Assembly: GCF_022539665.2 (NCBI RefSeq)
Contig: NC_081333.1
Span: forward strand, 5,828,001-5,892,000
Direction: 5' to 3'
Source: Daphnia carinata
Lineage: Eukaryota
DNA: 64,000 nucleotides
In this document: positions 11,901-22,000 of the stretch, piece after piece
How the letters are laid out: each line of letters opens with the position of its first letter
How positions within the stretch are numbered: position 1 is the stretch's first letter
Notes under the pieces: model-generated
Told to the model about the DNA's origin: nothing
Databases searched by the model: none
The model's input: only the letters and a program-made list of their open reading frames with translations
Program-made: the position numbers and the translations under genes

Positions 11901-13531
11901 TTTTTTCTCTTTCTTAGCATTTTCCTTTGCTTTGCCCGCTCAAATGACAATTTCAAATACAGTCCAGCAACAGCAATCCCAAGAACCGACAAGCTACTCA
12001 GAAGCAATTACATGCACTGAATCCCACAATTGGATCCCTGCTATCTTCAACGAATAGGACTCTCTAATTCAAAACAAAACCTGGGAGCTCTGCGAACTAC
12101 CTGAGGGGAGACATGCCATCAAAGGGAAATGGGTCCTAAAATACAAGCCAGGATACAAGGAAACACCAGCAAGATTCAAAGCACGCTATGTGGCATGTGG
12201 GTTCTCTCAAATTTAAGGAATAGATTACCTAAAGACCTATGCACCAGTCGTTAAATACCACTCGCTCCGGACAATACTAGCCATAGCAGCCGCAAAAGAC
12301 TTGGATATGATGCAGTTAGATATCAAAACGGCGTTCTTAAATGGTGACTTAGATGAAGAAATTTACATGATCCAACCTGAAGGCTTTGTTATCCAAGGAA
12401 GAGAAAAGGACGTATGCCGTTTAAAAAAAAAGCCTGTACGGACTCAGACAAGCCTCACACGCTGGGTGCAAAAAATTTAATGAATTCCTGTTATTTTTCA
12501 GATCATCAGAAGCAAAGCGGATGCATGTGTCTATTTTCGCCACAACCAACCAAGTGAAAAAAACCAAGAGTTTACGGTCTTCATTTGTTACGTAGACGAC
12601 GGAATCATACTAGCATTTCTAGCAATATTCTCACAGTTCTCACAGACATACTGGATCACCTTGGAAAAAAATGTGAGATAAGATCAATGCCAGCAAACCG
12701 GTTTGTTGGAATAGATATAACCAGAGATCGCACTAACCGAACAATTCATTTATCTCAATCTGAGTACATCAAACAAATACTTAAAAAATTTTAGATGTCA
12801 AACTGTAATCCTCTCACAATTCCAGCGGACCCTTGTTGCAAACTTACACCCGGAATGTGTCCACGAAACGAAGAGGAAACAGCATCAATGTCCAATATAC
12901 CCTACAGAGAGTTAGTTGGATCCCTTACACATCTCTCGCATATACCACACGCCCTGACATCACACAAGCTCTTGGACAAGTTGCCCAATACGTTCAAAAG
13001 CCTGGAAAAGAACACTGGAAAGCAGCCAAAAGAATTCTAGCGTATCTCAAGTAAACAGTGAACCTTGGAATCCGATTTGGTGGGGGAAGTAATCTACTAG
13101 TCGGATACTGTGATTCCGACAACGCAGATAAGTTAGAGAATCGTCGGTCAACCTCGGGCTCGATATTTATTTTCCTAGGAGGACCTATTTCATGCTTCAG
13201 TCGACGTCAAACGTGTGTACCTTTATCTACAACTTAAGCAGAATTCATGGCAGCGGCAGAAACTACAAAAGAAGCCATATGGCTCCAACGACTGTTAATG
13301 GAGCTGGGGTGGCTAGAAAGAACCACAGAACTAAGATGCGACAATCAAGGAGCAATCGCGCTAATAAAAAATCCCGTATTCCATCAACGCACAAAACACA
13401 TGGATCTGAGATTCTTCTTCATCAGGGATGCAGAAGAACAAAAGAAAATCAACATCTCCTATATTAATACCAATGAGCAATTAGCAGATATCTTTACCAA
13501 AGCGCTAGCTTATCCTAGGTTCAGTAGTTGA
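8991..13531 (+). pseudogene. Copia gag-pol with four apparent GT-AG introns (9093-9363, 9602-9661, 10298-10369, 11732-11917)
   Basis: Removing the segments gives in-frame RPEE|TYDGDRITNEGVINSWIKKD, FNYTQ|GDDMRTHL, KWSVS|GIGDTKLNVLGKGDI and TLAKQ|AFSF...QEPTSYSEAI. Confidence 0.8.
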
Positions 13532-13574
13532 ACATTGTGGAAATTCCACAATAGATGCTCATAATGAGAGGAGG

Positions 13575-13843
13575 TGTTGAAGTATCATTATAAGCATGTT
13601 ACGGAAACCTAGTTAGGTTGCTGAACCATCTTGTATTGTTTATCCCTAACCTTCGGTTGTTCTCTTCATGGGTAGATATCGCCTTACGGCTCTCTCTACT
13701 CTTTCAAACTCCGTATGTAAAGGTACTCTGTCCTAACACAGTTTGAATGTTATAATCTGATTATTCTTTCCATTTGGATATCAAATAGAGATTTAGTGTA
13801 ACTTATACAAACGGTACTGAATAAACTATCACTTATTCCAACA
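13575..13843 (+). repeat. Copia 3' LTR (269 bp)
   Basis: TGTTGA start after the PPT, AATAAA near 13820, CCAACA end, followed by the TSD. Confidence 0.93.
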
Positions 13844-13848
13844 CAAAC

Positions 13849-15119
13849 AGTATCAAATATACATATATTCAATGTGAATCAAGTGTGATACTGTGAGTTT
13901 GAATATGTACATTCAAAGAGAATCAAATATACGTGTATTCAATGTGAATATAGTGTGATACAGTGAGTTTCAATATCTACATTCAAACAGCATCAAATAT
14001 ACGTGTATTCAATGTGAATATAGTGTAATACAGTGTGGTTCAATATCTAGATTCAAAGAGCATCAAATATATGTGTATTCAATGTGAATATAGTGTGATA
14101 CAATGAGTTTCAATATCTACTTTCTAATACCATCAAATATACGTGTATTCAACGCAAATATAGTGTTATTGAATCAGTTTTAATACCTACTTTCAAACAG
14201 TATCAAATATACGTGGTTTCAGTGTGAATATAGTGTGATACAGTGAGTTTCAATATCTCCATTCAAACAGCATAAAACATACGGGTATCCATTGTAAATA
14301 TAGTGTAATAGAATGAGTTTCATGATCTACATTCAAACAATATCAAATATACGTGAATTTAATGTGAATATAGTGTGATACATTGAGTTTCAATATCTAC
14401 ATTCAAACAGCATCAAATGTACGTGAATTCAAAGTAAATATTGTGTTTTAGAATCAGTTTCATGAGCTTCATTGAAATAGTATCAAATATACGTGTATTC
14501 ACTGTGAATATAGTTTGATACAGTGAGTATCAATATCTACATTCAAACAGCATCAAATATACGAGTATTCAATGGGAATATAGTGTTTTATAGAATCATT
14601 TTCATGATCTAGATTCAAAATGTATGGAATATACGTGTATTCAATGTGAATATAGTGTGATACAGTGAGTTTAAATATCTAGATTCAAACAGCATAAAAC
14701 ATACGTGTATCCCATGTAAATATAGTGTTATAGAATCAGTTTCATGATCTGCATTGAAGCAGTATCAAATATACGTGTATTAAATATGAATATAGTGTGA
14801 AACAGTGAGTTTCAATAGCTACATTCTAATAGCATCAAATATACGTGTATTCAACGTGAATATAGGGCTTTGGAATCAGTTTTAATACCTACATTCAAAC
14901 AGTATCAAATATACCGGTTTTCAATGTGAATATAGTGTGATACAGTGAGTTTCAATATCTAAATTCAAACAGCATCAAATATACGTGTATTCAATGTGAA
15001 TATAGTGTTACAGAGTCAGTTTCATGAACTACATTTAAACGGTATCAAATATCCGTGTATTCAATGTGAATATAGTGAGATACAGTGAGTTTCAATATCT
15101 ACATACAAACCGCATCAAA
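13849..15119 (+). repeat. 70-bp tandem satellite (~18 units)
   Basis: Same unit as 8321-8850, resuming in register after the Copia TSD. Confidence 0.97.
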
Positions 15120-15143
15120 TTAGGTTAGGTTAGGTTAGGTTAG
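15120..15143 (+). repeat. (TTAGG)4+ telomere-type repeat
   Basis: TTAGGTTAGGTTAGGTTAGGTTAG. TTAGG is the common arthropod telomeric motif. Confidence 0.85.
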
Positions 15144-15150
15144 TTGGATC

Positions 15151-15264
15151 GAATACACGTATATTCAATGCTGTTTGAATGTAGTTATTGAAACTCACTC
15201 TATCATACTATATTCACATTGAATGCACCTATATTTGATGCTGTAGGAATGTAGATCATGAAAC
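15151..15264 (-). repeat. Inverted 70-bp satellite fragment (~1.6 units)
   Basis: GAATACACGTATATTCAATGCTGTTTGAATGTAG... is the reverse complement of the satellite unit. Confidence 0.9.
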
Positions 15265-15640
15265 GTTGACCTCAAAAATAGTTTTGACTTGGATTCTAAG
15301 CATTCTGATTGTCTGTATCATTCACGTCAGTAATTCGCTTGACCGAGTCACGTGATCCATGGTTTTTGTTTATATCATTTTGATTTTTACCAATTAGGTA
15401 TGTCTTACTAAAAGAAATTTTTTCCTAAATTAAGAATTCTTAAGCATCAAGTGCTGTTTTTATTATTGAAAGCTACTACATTAACCCTTTACATGTCTAT
15501 TTTACGATTATCAGATTAATGTTTTGCCCTGAATGACCGGTATGCTTGATATAGCGAGCTGTCAAAATCTTAATTTGTTCGTTTTAATTGAAAAATGAGT
15601 TATAATTTCAATAATGCTTTTAACGGTAATTAGTTTTTTT

Positions 15641-16603
15641 GGTAGCCGGTGAAATAGGACTGAAACGAAATAGGACTGGAGAAATAGGACTGAAAATTTC
15701 CAGTCCTATTTCTACCGGAGAAATAGGACTGGGAGAAATAGGACTGACTTTTAAAACTTTTAGGACAGTTCTATTTCTCCATGGCATCAGTCCTATTTCT
15801 TCTCGGCATCAGTCCTATTTCTCCCTAGAAATACTTCTATTTCATTTACCTTGTTCCACGCGGAAGGATGAGCCTCCAATCCGGTAGGCAATGTACTACG
15901 TAAGAGCGGCGGCTTATATCCATTTCCCTTTTTAAAAAACCGATGGTGTTAACTCATTAGATAAATGGTTCACAAAACTTTTTTCTCTTATCCTATTTTA
16001 ATTTAAATTACAGGAGAACATGAACTATATTGTATTGAATAGATTTCATTTAACAAACCACTATTAGACATACTACAGAAATATTTATTACTTATATCGC
16101 ACATTATGTGGTCATAACCAACTTTTCCAATTGAACTAATGTTTTACTGTTTCATACGTCTTTCGTTATATACAGCTCTTACATATTCTGATTTTGCTCT
16201 AATAATATTTTATTAAATAAACTCTATTAGATTGAAAATAATTCATGTTCCCCGCCAATTAATATTAAAAAAAGGATAAGAGATAAAACATTTGTGAACC
16301 ATTTAAATAATGCGTAAACGCCATCGGTTTTTGAAAAAGAGAAATGGATATAAGCCGGCGCTATTACGCAATACGTTGCCTACCGGATTGGAGGCTCATC
16401 GTTCCCCTTGGAACATGGTAAATGAAATAGAACTATTTCTAAGGAGAAATAGGACTGATGCCGAGGAGAAATAGGACTGATGCCATGGAGAAATAGGACT
16501 GTCCTAAAAGTTTTTAAAAGTCAGTCCTATTTCTCCCAGTCCTATTTCTCCCAGTCCTATTTCTCCAGTCCTATTTCGTTTCAGTCCTATTTCACCGCCA
16601 ATC
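15641..16603. mobile_element. Non-autonomous foldback/MITE element, Mutator-like
   Basis: ~400-bp imperfect terminal inverted repeats built from GAAATAGGACT subrepeats. 8-bp TSD GTTTTTTT (15633-15640, 16604-16611). No coding capacity. Confidence 0.88.
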
Positions 16604-16645
16604 GTTTTTTTAATTTGTCAAATTTTTCATTGATCTTATGTGTAG

Positions 16646-17318
16646 TGTAACAAAGCCAAATAGACATCTTCAACATATACTTCTTCTTCACATCTTTATT
16701 AATCATCAAGGGTGAACATATTAATTGCACCACAACATACGCAGCGCGGGTGACCTAGATGAACACCTGCTAGCTAGATGACGCATCCATGTGTCATCAG
16801 CATCACGCCACTTATAAAACATTTTGATTGGCGGCACGGGCGACGCCCATCATTACACGCCCATCATCACGTCATTTTAAACATCTTTGATTGGTGGCAA
16901 ATACTCGAACAGCAACTCACCAATTTGCCAATATGCAAAGTTTCCTGATGAACCCGGAATCTGAAGAAAGTCAGTCTCCGACGTGTGTACGACTTCAACA
17001 GTCGGTTTCAAATCATCTGGAGCCTCCCTTAATTGACCGCCGAATTGTGTTACATTTTTTGTCTTACACTTGTTTTGTTCTCGTGTTCAACTCGTGCTAC
17101 CACGGTAAGCTTATATTACAATCATCTCCCTTCACTTCTAGTTTCCCTATTGTATCGCAAGACGATTCTTATATTCTTTATTAAAATTTCCTTTGTATTC
17201 TAATACCTAGCTTAGGAAAATATATTCATCATTGTGGGTAAAACGCCTCTGAGTTCAGTATATTTTTATTGTCTTAATTCCGTAAAGTCAGTCTTCCCAT
17301 ACGGGAAGATGCTTTACA
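16646..17318 (+). mobile_element. Solo LTR (Gypsy-type, 4-bp TSD)
   Basis: TGTAA...TTACA termini with TSD GTAG (16642-16645, 17319-17322). A diverged homolog lies at 59716-60450. Confidence 0.85.
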
Positions 17319-17510
17319 GTAGCTTATTTGTAATTGATATATTTTATTGACTGTGAAACAGCAGGAACGGAATGTAATATTCCGTTTTATTTTTCCATTT
17401 CTTCACTACAGAAAATATTTGACTTAATTTTATATGATGAGTTATACCAAGGAGTATCATTCAAGCAGTTTTTTTTAATAACGATAAATATTCTGTTCTA
17501 AAAGGATCAT

Positions 17511-17885
17511 TGTTACAGACTCTCGTGCAAGAGTTGTAACAGAGAGAATGAGGGATGAGTGGTGATAAGGATGAAATGAAGATGACGATGATATAAAACA
17601 AAGTACTGCTTTATTTCAGGGCTGAGGGAAACAAAAAACGTCGCGCTTGATGCGAAATACGGGGACACAAACTGAGTGCAACTTAAATTTGGATGGGGAC
17701 AAAACGAGACAAGAAACGAGAAAACAAAAGTGACTGTCTGGGTCGACAAAGAATACGATACTACCCTTTTCCCATGGAAAGGGGTAAAAAGACAACAACA
17801 AAACCAAAAAAAAAAAGGGCACCCGATACTAATCAGGCCCGTGCCCCCTACAGCCCTGCCCGCGAGGGCAGCACCGTAGGTGACA
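17511..17885 (-). repeat. BEL 3' LTR
   Basis: TGTTAC...GTGACA. Matches 25485-25868 apart from a ~9-bp indel near 17680. Confidence 0.96.
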
Positions 17886-17980
17886 GCGGGACCTGTTGCA
17901 TCTGTTACAACATGTGCAAACAAACAAACATAAAACATACTTCTAAACGTACAACACACCACCGAATATAACCATCAATT

Positions 17981-18673
17981 TTAGTGGCTGGGAAGATCTT
18001 TGTAAGTCTTCTTTGTGCCACACAGGATCTGGTGATGATCTCGGGTGTGGCACAACCCGCACTGACGAGGATGGGGACAATCGGGGAGCCTCACGTGCCC
18101 CGCTACGGCCGTCGGGACGAAACACCCGAAACACCTCCGTTGCCCGAAGAGAAGCTCCAGTTTCTCTTGATTGGTGAGGAGCATAAACTCCTCACATTCT
18201 GCGATCTTCTTTTTGCACGACGTCGCTCCCGAGACGTGGCACTTAAGAAAACACATGATGTTGGGAGTGTGTACCGGAACTATATACGTAGGGCGTTCCG
18301 GGGTGACGAGCAGCGTGGGCGGAAGAGTTTCGGTCGCCTTTTCACGTTCTTTACGCAGGAGGGACCCGACGTACCCGCTTAACAGGGCTTCTCGCTCAGT
18401 TTTGAAGTGCACGTGCACGTTTACTAGGTCCTTCTGACGTTCGTCGTGTTCCTTGTCAAGGCGAACAATCGCACTTTGATACAAGTACACTTTCTCCACT
18501 GCTTCCTTTTTTGCTATTAAAATTCCGTCAATGAGTTCCGTGAGGTTGGCCACGCACTCTTGTTCGCGTTCCCTGCTTACTTTCAGTTTTTCCTTCACGG
18601 ATGCGGATGATGGAGGCGGATATTCTGCCATGGTAATCACGTTGGGTGTGAGTTCACTGGTGGTAAGTTTCAC
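17981..18673 (-). CDS. Additional BEL ORF: coiled-coil plus Cys/His zinc-knuckle cluster
   Basis: Open 230-codon frame (first ATG gives MAEYPP...). Charged helical N-terminal half and C-terminal CFGC...H...C...CGLC...HHQILC. Confidence 0.7.
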   Translation of the reverse strand: MKLTTSELTPNVITMAEYPPPSSASVKEKLKVSREREQECVANLTELIDGILIAKKEAVEKVYLYQSAIVRLDKEHDERQKDLVNVHVHFKTEREALLSGYVGSLLRKEREKATETLPPTLLVTPERPTYIVPVHTPNIMCFLKCHVSGATSCKKKIAECEEFMLLTNQEKLELLFGQRRCFGCFVPTAVAGHVRLPDCPHPRQCGLCHTRDHHQILCGTKKTYKDLPSH

Positions 18674-19062
18674 TATGACGAAGTTAGGTCGATTAAAGGC
18701 TGTCTGCTAGCAGATTTGGCTAAATGGTTTCCAAATTTCCCTTTGGTGTTGCTAAACAGCAAGCGACCTAACTTTGCCCTTTGCCCTATATTTGAACTTA
18801 AATATAGGTGGCGTTGAGCTTCGTGAATCCCCCACCAGGTTTAGAGTTGCGATTGTCTTACGTTGTTTACAGTTGAGTTTACCATTGTGATTTTACTTGT
18901 TAAATTTACATTTTTGTTTTTACAAGGGAAGCTACTAATTATAGATAGTATTTACATTTTACAACACCTTTTGCCTGTACAATTTTGGTTGTATAAGGGG
19001 AGCTACTAATTGTAGCTCCATTACAATTCAGTATTTACATTTTACCATACTGAAGTTGAATT

Positions 19063-22000
19063 TTACGCTGTTAAAGGTTCCATTTTTTCTTCCTTTGCGT
19101 AAACTTCTTGATCTTTGGCTGCAACCATGATACATAATTTGGCCACCGGCCGAATACATGGTTTTGGGTGGTTGCTGAGCTTGACTTTTACGACTCGAAC
19201 CACATTATCCGTTACACTGGGGATAACTTCCAACACTTTGCCCATCGGCCACTGCCCACGCAAAGTACTTGGTTCAACTGCTAACACTAAATCTCCCACG
19301 GTGACGTTAGGCCTATTTTCTTGCCACTTTCTTCTCTCAGTTAAGTGGGGAACGTATTCACGTAGCCATCTGTTCCAAAAGTGCTGAAGGATGGCTTGAC
19401 TTTGCTGGAACTGCTTGTTGGTTACGTTCAGGTCTTCCACGTCGGCCAATTGCAGGGGCACGTATGGACGGGCCCCACCGTGTAGGAAGTGATTGGGCGT
19501 TAACGGATCCGGGTCTCCTGGATCCATACTCAGATGAGTTAACGGCCGGGCGTTTAACAAGGCTGCCACTTCAGCGATTACGGTTCGTAGCACTTGGTCC
19601 GTAACTAGGCAATTACCAATGCTGGTTTTCATTGCCCGTTTACAAGACTGTACGATTCTTTCCCAAACGCCACCAAAGTGAGGTCCATGGGGAGGAGAAA
19701 AGTGCCACTCAATTTGTTGGCAAGCCATTGACGTCTGGAGCTCTTCGTGTTTGCTGATGAGTTCTTCCAACGCTTGCCGTAACTCCTGCTCGGCGGCAAC
19801 AAAGTTCGTCCCATTGTCGCTGTAAACGACTTTAGGTTTACCACGTAGACTAACAAAACGGGAGAAGCAGAGTAAGAACTCCTCCATACTAAGCCCGTTG
19901 GCCACTTCCAGGTGAACCGCTCGTGTGGTGAAGCACGTAAATAGGCTGATCCAACGTTTTTCGTGTCTTCTTCCCCTACCACCAACTCTTACGGTCAAGG
20001 GTCCGAAATAATCGATCCCTGTGTACGTGAACGCCGCCAGATGTGGTGTTAAACGATGGACTGGTAGTGAAGCCATCAAAGGAGGGCTAGGTTTTGCCGA
20101 CGTGCGCTTGCAGGGCCAGCAGTTGTTGAGGACAGATTTTACCACTTTACGTCCAGAGAGTATCCAGTAGCGAGAGCGGAGGTCCGTCAACAATCTCTCC
20201 GTCTTGACGTGCAGGTTTCTAACGTGGTGATCCCAGATTATCCTTTTTGTTAAAAGTTGAGATGCTGGTAGAAGTATGGGGTGCTTGGCTGCATAGTCGA
20301 TCGGCGCGTGAAGTATACGTCCGCCAATTCGCGTTTGTCCAGCTTCATCCAAGAAGGGCTGGAAGGTGCGAAGTTTTGATCTGAGTGGTAATTCCAGATT
20401 CTTGCGAAGGGCGTAGACTTCCTCAGCAAAGGCCAATTCTTGCGCCCGTACGATGCATTTTTTCAGCGACGTTACCATTTCTTCTACTGTCAGCTCCCCG
20501 ACCATGGGTTTTTCATCACGAATTTTTGCCCTAGCGTTGTTGGTAAATCTTGTGGTCCAGGCCAGCACTCGTTGAATTTTCACCAAGCTGGAAAAACGTG
20601 CAACGCAATTGTCGATGGCATGGTTCTCATCTTCTGTTTTTACTGCCAAGACGCGAATCACGTTTACGTCTCGTTCCTCAGGCTCCGAGATTTCTTCCCA
20701 AGAGTACCACTCTGAGGGGTCTAGGATCAGGAACGAAGGTCCTCGATGAAAATAGGCCAATTCGTCGACGTCTTTTGGGTCGATACCCCTGCTACAAAGG
20801 TCTGCAGGATTTGAAACTCCGGCGACATGACGCCATTGTCGACGACCCGTGTTTCGGAGTATTTTTCCGATGCGGTTGTTGACGAAGACTTCAAATCGGC
20901 ACGTCTTCGAGTGGATCCACCGCAGCACTGTTTGCGAGTCTGTGTGGAAGGTTACTTGCCTCAAATCAATTTCTAGTTCACGACAAATCGTGAGAGCAAT
21001 GTTGAGGCCTTCTACTGCCGCCTGTAACTCCAAACGGGGAATTGTGAGACCTTTTACCGGTGTGACGTGCGTTTTCGACATGACGAATGACACGTTGACG
21101 GAATGGTCTTCAAATACAGTGCGGAAGTAGGCTACTGCTCCGAATCCTTTGGAGCTTGCATCCGTGAAGACGTGGAGGCACTGTTGAGTCCATCGTCCTC
21201 GTTTGAAACGGAAGCACCTCGGTACTGAGAGCGACTCCAAATTTTCCAGATGATCGTACCAGCAATAGAAACGTTGACTCAATGCTTCCGGTACGACGTC
21301 ATCCCATCCGATCCGTTCTTCGTTGGTCCAAATGTCTTGGAGCAAGGACTTCATTACGAAGATAACTGGTGCAACCAGCCCCAACGGGTCGTAGACGCTA
21401 GAGATGATGCTGAGGAAGGCTCGCTTCGTGAGTGTCACGTTGTGCGGCGACTTCCGAATCTTGAACGTCAGCATATCTCGTTCGCTGTCCCACATTACTC
21501 CCAGAGTTCTTTCGACGGGAAGTTTTTCCAAATCCAGATCCAGAGTTGGTGAGGCGAGGCCAAACTCTCGTAGCGCAGCTATCACCATTCGCGATGACGA
21601 CGTCCATTTGGTCAAATTGAAGCCCCCTAACTGAAGAAGGGACTTCATTTCGCGGGACCGTTTGATGACCTCGTCTTCGGAGTCAAATGAGTCGAGATAA
21701 TTGTCGACGTAGAAATTACGTCGAACGCTATCGGCTACGTCTGGAAACTGGCTGCTGTAGTCGTCGGCCGTCCTGTTGAGGGCGAAGATACAGCTCGTCG
21801 GGGATGATATAGCTCCAAATACGTGTACCGTCATCTGGTACGTTAACGGAACTGAATTACTGCCAGGCGTCCGGTAGAGAAATCGGAAGGCTGCCTGGTC
21901 TGCTTCCGGGACTTTCACTTGGTGGAACATTTTCTCAATGTCCGCTCCGACTGGCACAAGGTTACGGCGGAAGCGGATGAGTACACCAAGCAAGCTAACG

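Larger units (their letters stand above)
8851..13843 (+). mobile_element. Ty1/Copia LTR retrotransposon, decayed, inserted in satellite
   Basis: TGTTG...CAACA termini with 5-bp TSD CAAAC (8846-8850, 13844-13848). Order is gag, protease (FADSGATRHM), integrase (LIHTDVW, LRSDCGGEY, SERTNRT), RT (QLDIKTAFLNG, YVDDG), RNase H (CDNQGA, QLADIFTK). PPT GAGAGGAGG at 13566-13574. Confidence 0.96.

Noticed and set aside
8321..15119. CRISPR-like regular array with palindromic unit
   Set aside because: Units are contiguous with no unique spacers, there are no cas genes, and the context is eukaryotic. It is a satellite.
17205..17322. H/ACA snoRNA (conserved hairpin followed by ACA, present twice)
   Set aside because: No ANANNA H box. 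The ACA is the TTACA end of a solo LTR with a GTAG TSD.
17513..17962. 149-aa and 128-aa (25487-25873) hydrophobic ORFs
   Set aside because: They lie within the BEL LTRs, and their similarity simply reflects LTR identity.
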